Positions 49,655 through 63,458 of a DNA stretch of 64,000 nucleotides are shown one piece after another. Below the pieces are notes generated by a model. That model was given only the letters and a program-made list of their open reading frames with translations, was not told where the DNA came from and did no database searches. Origin of the DNA: Nemertoderma westbladi (Eukaryota > Animalia > Xenacoelomorpha). The position numbers and the translations under genes are program-made. Numbering within the stretch: the stretch's first letter is position 1; every line of letters begins with the position of its first letter. Where the stretch lies: positions 66,802 to 130,801 of the forward strand of contig JAUCBJ010007359.1 in NCBI GenBank assembly GCA_032718475.1. Reading direction: 5' to 3'.

Positions 49655-52600
49655 TTAGTTCTAGGAGTGATATACGATATATCACCTGTTAGTTTTAGAA
49701 GTGATATACGATATATTACTTGTTAGTTCGAGGAGTGATATACGATATATCACCTGTTAGTTCTAGGAGTGATATACGATATATCACCTGTTAGTTCTAG
49801 GAGTGATATACAGTACGATATATCACCTGTTAGTTCTAGGAGTGATATACGATATATCACTTGTTAGTTCTAGAAGTGATATACGATATATCACCTGTTA
49901 GTTCTAGGATTGATTTACGATATATCACCTGTTAGTTCTAGGAGTGCTATACAGTATGATATATCACCTGTTAGTTCTAGGAGTGATATACGATATATCA
50001 CATGTTAGTTCTAGGAGTGATATACGATATATCACCTGTTAGTTCTAGGAGTGATATACGATATATCACCTGTTAGTTCTACGTGTGATATACGATATAT
50101 TACCTGTTAGTTCTAGGAGCGATATACGATATATCACTTGTTAGTTCTAGGAGTGATATACGATATATCACCTGTTAGTTCTAGGAGTGATATACGATAT
50201 ATCACCTGTTAGTTCTAGGAGTGATATACAGTACGATATATCACCTGTTAGTTCTAGGAGTGATATACAGTACGATATATCACCTGTTAGTTCTAGGAGT
50301 GATATACGATATATCACATGTTAGTTCTAGGAGTGATATACGATATATCACCTGTTAGTTCTAGGAGTGATATACGATATATCACCTGTTAGTTCTACGT
50401 GTGATATACGATATATCACCTGTTAGTTCTAGGATTGATTTACGATATATCACCTGTTAGTTCTAGGAGTGCTATACAGTATGATATATCACCTGTTAGT
50501 TCTAGGAGTGATATACAGTACGATATATCACCTGTTAGTTCTAGGAGTGATATACGATATATCACATGTTAGTTCTAGGAGTGATATACGATATATCACC
50601 TGTTAGTTCTAGGAGTGATATACGATATATCACCTGTTAGTTCTACGTGTGATATACGATATATTACCTGTTAGTTCTAGGAGCGATATACGATATATCA
50701 CCTGTTAGTTCTAGGAGTGCTATACAGTATGATATATCACCTGTTAGTTCTAGGAGTGATATACAGTACGATATATCACCTGTTAGTTCTAGGAGTGATA
50801 TACGATATATCACATGTTAGTTCTAGGAGTGATATACGATATATCACCTGTTAGTTCTAGGAGTGATATACGATATATCACCTGTTAGTTCTAGGAGTGA
50901 TATACGATATATTACCTGTTAGTTCTAGGAGCGATATACGATATATCACATGTTAGTTCTAGGAGTGATATACGATATATCACCTGTTAGTTCTAGGAGT
51001 GATATACGATATATCACCTGTTAGTTCTAGGAGCGATATACGATATATCACCTGTTAGTTCTAGGAGTGATATACAGTACGATATATCACCTGTTAGTTC
51101 TAGGAGTGATATACGATATATCACCTGTTAGTTCTACGTGTGATATACGATATATTACCTGTTAGTTCTAGGAGCGATATACGATATATCACCTGTTAGT
51201 TCTAGGAGTGCTATACAGTATGATATATCACCTGTTAGTTCTAGGAGTGATATACAGTACGATATATCACCTGTTAGTTCTAGGAGTGATATACAGTACG
51301 ATATATCACCTGTTAGTTCTAGGAGTGCTATACAGTATGATATATCACCTGTTAGTTCTAGGAGTGATATACAGTACGATATATCACCTGTTAGTTCTAG
51401 GAGTGATATACGATATATCACCTGTTAGTTCTAGGAGTGATATACGATATATTACTTGTTAGTTGTAGGAGTGATATACGATATATCACCTGTTAGTTCT
51501 AGGAGCGATATACGATATATCACCTGTTAGTTCTAGGAGTGATATACAGTACGATATATCACCTGTTAGTTCTAGGAGTGATATACGATATATCACCTGT
51601 TAGTTCTACGTGTGATATACGATATATTACCTGTTAGTTCTAGGAGCGATATACGATATATCACCTGTTAGTTCTAGGAGTGCTATACAGTATGATATAT
51701 CACCTGTTAGTTCTAGGAGTGATATACAGTACGATATATCACCTGTTAGTTCTAGGAGTGATATACAGTACGATATATCACCTGTTAGTTCTAGGAGTGC
51801 TATACAGTATGATATATCACCTGTTAGTTCTAGGAGTGATATACAGTACGATATATCACCTGTTAGTTCTAGGAGTGATATACGATATATCACCTGTTAG
51901 TTCTAGGAGTGATATACAGTACGATATATCACCTGTTAGTTCTAGGAGTGATATACAGTACGATATATCACCTGTTAGTTCTAGGAGTGCTATACAGTAT
52001 GATATATCACCTGATAGTTCTAGGAGTGATATACGATATATCACCTGTTAGTTCTAGGAGTGATATACAGTACGATATATCACCTGTTAGTTCTAGGAGT
52101 GATATACAGTACGATATATCACCTGTTAGTTCTAGGAGTGATATACGATATATCACCTGTTAGTTCTAGGAGTGATATACGATATATTACTTGTTAGTTG
52201 TAGGAGTGATATACGATATATCACCTGTTAGTTCTAGGAGTGATATACGATATATCACCTGTTAGTTCTAGGAGTGATATACGATATATCACCTGTTAGT
52301 TCTAGGAGTGATATACGATATATCACCTGTTAGTTCTAGGAGTGATATACAGTACGATATATCACCTGTTAGTTCTAGGAGCGATATACAGTACGATATA
52401 TCACCTTTTAGTTCTAGGAGCGATATACGATATATCACATGTTAGTTCTAGGAGTGATATACGATATATCACTTGTTAGTTCTAGGAGTGATATACGATA
52501 TATCACCTGTTAGTTCTAGGAGTGATATAGAGTACGATATATCACCTGTTAGTTCTAAGAATGATATACGATATATCACCTGTTAGTTCTAACAATGATA

Positions 52601-55600
52601 TACGATATATCACATGTTAGTTCTATGAGTGATATAGAGTACGATATATCACCTGTTAGTTCTAAGAATGATATACGATATATCACTTGTTAGTTCTAGG
52701 AGTGATATACGATATATCACCTGTTAGTTCTAGGAGTGATATACGATATATCACCTGTTAGTTCTAGGAGTGATATACGATATATCACCTGTTAGTTCTA
52801 GGAGCGATATACAGTACGATATATCACCTTTTAGTTCTAGGAGTGATAGACGATATATCACCTGTTAGTTCTAGGAGTGATATACGATATATCACTTGTT
52901 AGTTCTAGGAGTGATATACGATATATGACCTGTTAGTTCTAGGAGTGATATACGATATATCACCTGTTAGTTCTAGGATTGATTTACGATATATCACCTG
53001 TTAGTTCTAGGAGTGATATACAGTACGATATATCACCTGTTAGTTCTAGGAGTGATATACGATATATCACCTGTTAGTTCTAGGAGTGATATACAGTACG
53101 ATATATCACCTGTTAGTTCTAGGAGTGATATACAGTACGATATATCACCTGTTAGTTCTAGGAGTGATATAGAGTACGATATATCACCTGTTAGTTCTAA
53201 GAATGATATACGATATATCACCTGTTAGTTCTAAGAATGATATACGATATATCACCTGTTAGTTCTAGGAGTGATATAGAGTACGATATATCACCTGTTA
53301 GTTCTAAGAATGATATACGATATATCACCTGTTAGTTCTAACAATGATATACGATATATCACATGTTAGTTCTATGAGTGATATAGAGTACGATATATCA
53401 CCTGTTAGTTCTAAGAATGATATACGATATATCACTTGTTAGTTCTAGGAGTGATATACGATATATCACCTGTTAGTTCTAGGAGTGATATACGATATAT
53501 CACCTGTTAGTTCTAGGAGTGATATACGATATATCACCTGTTAGTTCTAGGAGCGATATACAGTACGATATATCACCTTTTAGTTCTAGGAGTGATAGAC
53601 GATATATCACCTGTTAGTTCTAGGAGTGATATACGATATATCACTTGTTAGTTCTAGGAGTGATATACGATATATGACCTGTTAGTTCTAGGAGTGATAT
53701 ACGATATATCACCTGTTAGTTCTAGGATTGATTTACGATATATCACCTGTTAGTTCTAGGAGTGATATACAGTACGATATATCACCTGTTAGTTCTAGGA
53801 GTGATATACGATATATCACCTGTTAGTTCTAGGAGTGATATACAGTACGATATATCACCTGTTAGTTCTAGGAGTGATATACGATATATCACCTGTTAAT
53901 TCTAGGAGTGATATACAGTACGATATATCACCTGTTAGTTCTAGGAGTGATATACGATATATCACCTGTTAATTCTAGGAGTGATATACGATATATCACC
54001 TGTTAGTTCTAGGAGTGATATACGATATATCACCTGTTAATTCTAGGAGTGATATACAGTACGATATATCACCTGTTAGTTCTAGGAGTGATATACGATA
54101 TATCACCTGTTAGTTCTAGGATTGATTTACGATATATCACCTGTTAGTTCTAGGAGTGATATACAGTACGATATATCACCTGTTAGTTCTAGGAGTGATA
54201 TACGATATATCACCTGTTAGTTCTAGGAGTGATATACAGTACGATATATCACCTGTTAGTTCTAGGAGTGATATACGATATATCACCTGTTAATTCTAGG
54301 AGTGATATACAGTACGATATATCACCTGTTAGTTCTAGGAGTGATATACGATATATCACCTGTTAATTCTAGGAGTGATATACGATATATCACCTGTTAG
54401 TTCTAGGAGTGATATACGATATATCACCTGTTAATTCTAGGAGTGATATACAGTACGATATATCACCTGTTAGTTCTAGGAGTGATATACGATATATCAC
54501 CTGTTAATTCTAGGAGTGATATACAGTACGATATATCACCTGTTAGTTCTAGGAGTGATATACGATATATCACCTGTTAGTTCTAAGAATGATATACGAT
54601 ATATCACATGTTAGTTCTAGAAGTGATATACGATATTCTAGGAGTGATATACGATATATCACCTGTTAGTTCTAGGAGTGATATAGAGTACGATATATCA
54701 CCTGTTAGTTCTAAGAATGATATACGATATATCACATGTTAGTTCTAGAAGTGATATACGATATTCTAGGAGTGATATACGATATATAACCTGTTAAGTC
54801 TAGGAGCGATATACGATATATCACCTGTTAGTTCTAGGAGTGATATACGATATATCACCTGTTAGTTCTAGGAGATATATACAGTACGATATATCACCTG
54901 TTAGTTCTAGGAGTGATATACGATATATCAACTGTTAGTTCTAGAAGTGATATACTATATATCACCTGTTAGTTCTAGGAATGATATACGATATATCACC
55001 TGTTAGTTCTAGGTGTGATATACGATATATCACCTGTTAGTTCTACGAGTGCTATACAGTATGATATATCACCTGTTAGTTCTAGGAGTGATATACAGTA
55101 CGATATATCACCCGTTAGTTCTAGGAGTGATATACGATATATCACCTGTTAGTTTTAGAAGTGATATACGATATATTACTTGTTAGTTCGAGGTGTGATA
55201 TACGATATATCACCTGTTAGTTCTAGGAGTGATATACGATATATCACCTGTTAGTTCTAGGAGTGATATACAGTACGATATATCACCTGTTAGTTCTAGG
55301 AGTGATATACGATATATCACCTGTTAGTTCTAGGAGTGATATACGATATATCACCTGTTAGTTCTAGGAGTGATATACGATATATCACCTGTTAGTTCTA
55401 GGAGTGATATACAGTACGATATATCACCTGTTAGTTCTAGGAGTGATATACAGTACGATATATCACCTGTTAGTTCTAGGAGTGATATACGATATATTAC
55501 TTGTTAGTTCTAGGAGTGATATACGATATATCACTTGTTAGTTCTAGGAGTGATATACGATATATCACCTGTTAGTTTTAGAAGTGATATACGATATATT

Positions 55601-58600
55601 ACTTGTTAGTTCGAGGTGTGATATACGATATATCACCTGTTAGTTCTAGGAGTGATATACGATATATCACCTGTTAGCTCTTGGAGTGATATACAGTACG
55701 ATATATCACCTGTTAGTTCTAGGAGTGATATACGATATATCACCTGTTAGTTCTAGGAGTGATATACGATATATCACCTGTTAGTTCTAGGAGTGATATA
55801 CAGTACGATATATCACCTGTTAGTTCTAGGAGTGATATACGATATATCACTTGTTAGTTCTAGGAGTGATATACGATATATCACCTGTTAGTTCTAGGAT
55901 TGATTTACGATATATCACCTGTTAGTTCTAGGAGTGATATACAGTACGATATATCACCTGTTAGTTCTAGGAGTGATATACGATATATCACTTGTTAGTT
56001 CTAGGTGTTAGTTCTAGGATTGATTTACGATATATCACCTGTTAGTTCTAGGAGTGATATACAGTACGATATATCACCTTTAGTTCTAGGAGTGATATAC
56101 GATATATCACCTGTTAGTTTTAGAAGTGATATACGATATATTACTTGTTAGTTCTAGGAGTGATATACGATATATGACCTGTTAGTTCTAGGATTGATTT
56201 ACGATATATCACCTGTTAGTTCTAGGAGTGATATACAGTACGATATATCACCTGTTAGTTCTAGGAGTGATATACGATATATCACCTGTTAGTTCTAGGA
56301 GTGATATACAGTACGATATATCACCTGTTAGTTCTAGGAGTGATATACGATATATTACCTGTTAGTTCTAGGAGTGATATACAGTACGATATATCACCTG
56401 TTAGTTCTAGGAGTGATATACGATATATCACCTGTTAGTTCTAGGAGTGATATACGATATATCACCTGTTAGTTTTAGAAGTGATATACGATATATTACT
56501 TGTTAGTTCTAGGAGTGATATACGATATATGACCTGTTAGTTCTAGGATTGATTTACGATATATCACCTGTTAGTTCTAGGAGTGATATACAGTACGATA
56601 TATCACCTGTTAGTTCTAGGAGTGATATACGATATATCACTTGTTAGTTCTAGGAGTGATATAGAGTACGATATATCACCTGTTAGTTCTAAGAATGATA
56701 TACGATATATCACATGTTAGTTCTAGAAGTGATATACGATATATTACCTGTTAGTTCTATGAGTGATATACGATATATCACCTGTTAGTTTTAGAAGTGA
56801 TATACGATATATTACTTGTTAGTTCTAGGAGTGATATACGATATATGACCTGTTAGTTCTAGGATTGATTTACGATATATCACCTGTTAGTTCTAGGAGT
56901 GATATACAGTACGATATATCACCTGTTAGTTCTAGGAGTGATATACGATATATCACTTGTTAGTTCTAGGAGTGATATAGAGTACGATATATCACCTGTT
57001 AGTTCTAAGAATGATATACGATATATCACCTGTTAGTTCTAGAAGTGATATACGATATATCACCTGTTAGTTCTAGGAGTGATATACAGTACGATATATC
57101 ACCTGTTAGTTCTAGTAGTGATATACGATATATCACCTGTTAGTTCTATGAGTGATATACAGTACGATATATCACCTGTTAGTTCTAGGAGTGATATACA
57201 GTACGATATATCAACTGTTAGCTCTTGGAGTGATATACAGTACGATATATCACCTGTTAGTTCTAGGAGTGATATACGATATATCACCTGTTAGTTCTAG
57301 GAGTGATATACGATATATCACCTGTTAGTTCTAGGAGTGATATACGATATATCACCTGTTAGTTCTAGGAGATATATACAGTACGATATATCACCTGTTA
57401 GTTCTAGGAGTGATATACGATATATCACCTGTTAGTTCTAGGAGATATATACAGTACGATATATCACCTGTTAGTTCTAGGAGTGATATACGATATATCA
57501 ACTGTTAGTTCTAGAAGTGATATACTATATATCACCTGTTAGTTCTAGGAATGATATACGATATATCACCTGTTAGTTCTAGGTGTGATATACGATATAT
57601 CACCTGTTAGTTCTACGAGTGCTATACAGTATGATATATCACCTGTTAGTTCTAGGAGTGATATACAGTACGATATATCACCTGTTAATTCTAGGAGTGA
57701 TATACGATATATCAACTGTTAGTTCTAGGAGTGATATACGATATTCTAGGAGTGATATACGATATATAACCTGTTAAGTCTAGGAGCGATATACGATATA
57801 TCACCTGTTAGTTCTAGGAGTGATATACGATATATCACCTGTTAGTTCTAGGAGTGATATACGATATATCACCTGTTAGTTCTAGGTGTGATATACGATA
57901 TATCAACTGTTAGTTCTAGAAGTGATATACTATATATCACCTGTTAGTTCTAGGAATGATATACGATATATCACCTGTTAGTTCTAGGTGTGATATACGA
58001 TATATCACCTGTTAGTTCTACGAGTGCTATACAGTATGATATATCACCTGTTAGTTCTAGGAGTGATATACAGTACGATATATCACCCGTTAGTTCTAGG
58101 AGTGATATACGATATATCACCTGTTAGTTTTAGAAGTGATATACGATATATTACTTGTTAGTTAGGTGTGATATACGATATATCACCTGTTAGTTCTAGG
58201 AGTGATATACGATATATCACCTGTTAGTTCTAGGAGTGATATACAGTACGATATATCACCTGTTAGTTCTAGGAGTGATATACGATATATCACTTGTTAG
58301 TTCTAGGAGTGATATACGATATATCACCTGTTAGTTCTAGGATTGATTTACGATATATCACCTGTTAGTTCTAGGAGTGATATACAGTACGATATATCAC
58401 CTGTTAGTTCTAGGAGTGATATACGATATATCACTTGTTAGTTCTAGGAGTGATATACGATATATCACCTGTTAGTTCTAGGAGTGATATACGATATATC
58501 ACCTGTTAGTTCTAGGAGTGATATACAGTACGATATATCACCTGTTAGTTCTAGGAGTGATATACAGTACGATATATCACCTGTTAGTTCTAGGAGTGAT

Positions 58601-58878
58601 ATACGATATATCACTTGTTAGTTCTAGGAGTGATATACGATATATCACCTGTTAGTTCTAGGATTGATTTACGATATATCACCTGTTAGTTCTAGGAGTG
58701 ATATACAGTACGATATATCACCTGTTAGTTCTAGGAGTGATATACGATATATCACTTGTTAGTTCTAGGAGTGATATACGATATATCACCTGTTAGTTCT
58801 AGGATTGATTTACGATATATCACCTGTTAGTTCTAGGAGTGATATACAGTACGATATATCACCTTTAGTTCTAGGAGT

Positions 58879-59629
58879 TTTTTTTTTACTACTGCTAAGT
58901 ATTTGATAGTATAATAACATAGTTGATACAATGGATTTCAAATTGCACTATTACACCCTATCACCAAATCTGATTTATACAATGAGGTACAGTGATACGG
59001 ATGTAAGGGGGAAATTCAAAACAGTTGGTTGTTTATGTTGTAGGCCTACTGGTCAGCTATTGTAGGCCTGTACGACTGCGCTGTACTACCAGGCTACGGC
59101 TCAGTGTCGGCGTTGTCCAACCAAATGGAGGCATCAGACACTGGACAATGAACCGGCCGTTTAGAGGCTGACCTACAACCTCGAAGGCAGAGCAGGGAGG
59201 AACGAAGCAACGCGAAGTTTAACTTGCGCCGGATCCACGTGACGCATTCCGAGTACCTGACCTCGCGTTTGTCCGCGAGCTTCTGTCCCAGGCGCTTAAC
59301 AAACTGGCGCGTGGTCGGCGCCATCCCGCCAAAGGCCGAGAATATGAGGGGGACGAAAGTAGAATGTTCCACCTCCCGTATCCTCTCCTCGTACTTAAGA
59401 ATCTTACGATTCTCGTGGTGGAGGTGCGCTGCGTCTAGGGACATAGCCGCGTTCGTCGCCGCCAGCGGGTTAAACACGGACACGTCGATGAACGACCGCT
59501 GGAATCGGTTTCCCCAGAAGCCGCTCACAGACACATCCAGCCTCGCCTGCTGGTCCGTCGAGGTGGTACGATGGGTGAAAGTTTCACCGGATAACGACTG
59601 GAGCATCGGCTCAACAGCAACGCTGTACA
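58879..59629 (-). mobile_element. CRE-like fragment, copy 3
   Basis: Same sequence, junctions and tail; offset 9975 bp from copy 2. Confidence 0.85.
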
Positions 59630-62600
59630 TTAGTTCTAGGAGTGATATACGATATATCACCTGTTAGTTTTAGAAGTGATATACGATATATTACTTGTTA
59701 GTTCGAGGAGTGATATACGATATATCACCTGTTAGTTCTAGGAGTGATATACGATATATCACCTGTTAGTTCTAGGAGTGATATACAGTACGATATATCA
59801 CCTGTTAGTTCTAGGAGTGATATACGATATATCACTTGTTAGTTCTAGAAGTGATATACGATATATCACCTGTTAGTTCTAGGATTGATTTACGATATAT
59901 CACCTGTTAGTTCTACGTGTGATATACGATATATTCACCTGTTAGTTCTAGGAGTGATATACAGTACGATATATCACCTGTTAGTTCTAGGAGTGATATA
60001 CGATATATCACCTGTTAGTTCTAGGAGTGATATACGATATATCACCTGTTAGTTCTAGGAGTGATATACGATATATCACCTGTTAGTTCTAGAAGTGATA
60101 TACGATATATTACCTGTTAGTTCTATGAGTGATATACGATATATCACCTGTTAGTTCTAGGAGTGATATACGATATATTACTTGTTAGTTCGAGGAGTGA
60201 TATACGATATATCACCTGTTAGTTCTAGGAGTGATATACGATATATCACCTGTTAGTTCTAGGAGTGATATACAGTACGATATATCACCTGTTAGTTCTA
60301 GGAGTGATATACGATATATCACCTGTTAGTTCTAGGAGTGATATACGATATATCACCTGTTAGTTCTAGGAGTGATATACGATATATCACCTGTTAGTTC
60401 TAGGAGTGATATACGATATATCACCTGTTAGTTCTAGGAGTGATATACGATATATCACCTGTTAGTTCTAGGAGTGATATACAGTACGATATATCACCTG
60501 TTAGTTCTAGTAGTGATATACGATATATCACCTGTTAGTTCTATGAGTGATATACAGTACGATATATCACCTGTTAGTTCTAGGAGTGATATACAGTACG
60601 ATATATCAACTGTTAGCTCTAGGAGTGATATACAGTACGATATATCACCTGTTAGTTCTAGGAGGAGTGATATACGATATATCACCTGTTAGTTCTAGGA
60701 GTGATATACGATATATCACCTGTTAGTTCTAGGAGTGATATACGATATATCACCTGTTAGTTCTAGGAGTGATATACGATATATCACCTGTTAGTTCTAG
60801 GAGTGATATACAGTACGATATATCACCTGTTAGTTCTAGGAGTGATATACGATATATCACCTGTTAGTTCTAGTAGTGATATACGATATATCACCTGTTA
60901 GTTCTAGGAGTGATATACGATATATCACCTGTTAGTTCTAGGAGTGATATACAGTACGATATATCACCTGTTAGTTCTAGGAGTGATATACGATATATCA
61001 CCTGTTAGTTCTAGGAGTGATATACGATATATCACCTGTTAGTTCTAGGAGTGATATACGATATATCACCTGTTAGTTCTAGGAGTGATATACGATATAT
61101 CACCTGTTAGTTCTAGGAGTGATATACAGTACGATATATCACCTGTTAGTTCTAGGAGTGATATACAGTACGATATATCACCTGTTAGTTCTAGGAGGAG
61201 TGATATACGATATATCACCTGTTAGTTCTAGGAGTGATATACGATATTCTAGGAGTGATATACGATATATAACCTGTTAGTTCTAGGAGTGATATACGAT
61301 ATATCACCTGTTAGTTCTAGGAGTGATATACGATATATCACCTGTTAGTTCTAGGAGTGATATACGATATATCACCTGTTAGTTCTAGGAGTGATATACG
61401 ATATATCACCTGTTAGTTCTAGGAGTGATATACGATATATTACTTGTTAGTTCGAGGAGTGATATACGATATATCAACTGTTAGTTCTAGAAGTGATATA
61501 CTATATATCACCTGTTAGTTCTAGGAATGATATACGATATATCACCTGTTAGTTCTAGGTGTGATATACGATATATCACCTGTTAGTTCTACGAGTGCTA
61601 TACAGTATGATATATCACCTGTTAGTTCTAGGAGTGATATACAGTACGATATATCACCCGTTAGTTCTAGGAGTGATATACGATATATCACCTGTTAGTT
61701 CTAGGTGTATATACGATATATCACCTGTTAGTTCTAGGAGTGATATACAGTATGATATATCACCTGTTAGTTCTAGGAGTGATATACGATATATTACTTG
61801 TTAGTTCGAGGAGTGATATACGATATATCAACTGTTAGTTCTAGAAGTGATATACGATATATCACCTGTTAGTTCTAGGAGTGATATACGATATATCACC
61901 TGTTAGTTCTAGGTGTGATATACGATATATCACCTGTTAGTTCTACGAGTGATATACGATATATCACCTGTTAGTTCTAGGAGTGATATACAGTACGATA
62001 TATCACCTGTTAGTTCTAGGAGTGATATACGATATATCACCTGTTAGTTCTAGGTGTGATATACGATATATCACCTGTTAGTTCTACGAGTGCTATACAG
62101 TATGATATATCACCTGTTAGTTCTAGGAGTGATATACGATATATTACTTGTTAGTTCGAGGAGTGATATACGATATATCACCTGTTAGTTCTAGGAGTGA
62201 TATACGATATATCACCTGTTAGTTCTAGGAGTGATATACGATATATCACCTGTTAGTTCTAGGTGTGATATACGATATATCACCTGTTAGTTCTACGAGT
62301 GCTATACAGTATGATATATCACCTGTTAGTTCTAGGAGTGATATAAGTACGATATATCACCTGTTAGTTCTAGGAGTGATATACGATATATCACCTGTTA
62401 GTTCTAGGAGTGATATACGATATATTACTTGTTAGTTCGAGGAGTGATATACGATATATCACCTGTTAGTTCTAGGAGTGATATACTATATATCACCTGT
62501 TAGTTCTAGGTGTGATATACGATATATCACCTGTTAGTTCTAGGAGTGATATACGATATATCACCTGTTAGTTCTAGGAGTGATATACAGTACGATATAT

Positions 62601-63200
62601 CACCTGTTAGTTCTAGGAGTGATATACAGTACGATATATCACCTGTTAGTTCTACGAGTGCTATACAGTATGATATATCACCTGTTAGTTCTAGGAGTGA
62701 TATACAGTACGATATATCACCCGTTAGTTCTAGGAGTGATATACGATATATCACCTGTTAGTTCTAGGAGTGATATAAGTACGATATATCACCTGTTAGT
62801 TCTACGAGTGCTATACACTATGATATATCACCTGTTAGTTCTAGGAGTGATATACAGTACGATATATCACCCTGAATCAAATAAACTGCATAACCATTGA
62901 GGCCAGGGTTGTTCTTTTACAAAGTTTATTTTCTCATAATTTTTAGTGCCTAATAAAGCGAAGCACAAATATTTGTAAAGTAACATTAAAATGTCAAATA
63001 ATTTTCCAATTTAGCAACTGTATACGGTAACAATAAGTGAGAACATGTGATAAACATATACAATTAAACATATTATATATAACAATTAATTAAACTCAAA
63101 TTAATGAAATACAAAAATGGTGTATAACATACTGTACAATTTTATATGGTATATTAGTTTATTCAATAACATATTCAAATATAAGAAAGTAAACTCTCAC

Positions 63201-63458
63201 CTGTACCATCGTTACATTTGTTACAAGCAGTTTGGCAGTGTTGATACATGTAACTCGGGTTGTCAGTACATTCACCAGCCGCTGCCCATCCATCACACAT
63301 AGGACCAATATCTGGTTGCTCTATGCAGCTCCCTTGGTTGTCACAGTAGTTACAGCTGACCTGGCAGTAGTTATACATGTAGCGAGGGTTAGCGGTGCAT
63401 TCTCCAGCCGCAGCCCATCCTTGACAATTATCATCCATATCGGGTCGGAAAGCACAAA
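63201..63458 (-). CDS. Internal 258-bp exon encoding two ShKT domains
   Basis: ttattttag|TT TGT GCT...ACA G|gtgaga. CAFRPDMDDNCQGWAAAGECTANPRYMYNYCQVSCNYC and CIEQPDIGPMCDGWAAAGECTDNPSYMYQHCQTACNKC fit the 6-Cys ShKT pattern. Confidence 0.92.

Larger units (their letters stand above)
29868..62871. repeat. ~33-kb intronic satellite, 34-bp monomer GTGATATACGATATATCACCTGTTAGTTCTAGGA with a 39-bp (+CAGTA) variant
   Basis: Head-to-tail array in one orientation throughout, interrupted only by three retrotransposon fragments. It fills the intron 29663-63200. Confidence 0.98.

Noticed and set aside
29868-62871. CRISPR-like array (34-39-bp palindromic repeats near a nuclease and an RT)
   Set aside because: Repeats are head-to-tail with no unique spacers, there are no cas genes, and the context is eukaryotic. 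The nuclease and RT belong to separate retrotransposons.
31344-62900. Many short ORFs (DISPVSSRSDIQY, YHLLVLGVI, ISLLELTG)
   Set aside because: These are translations of runs of the 39-bp (13-codon) monomer.
63175-63438. 87-aa ORF as a complete single-exon peptide gene
   Set aside because: It omits the first Cys of domain 1 and runs past a good donor. The splice sites define an internal exon.
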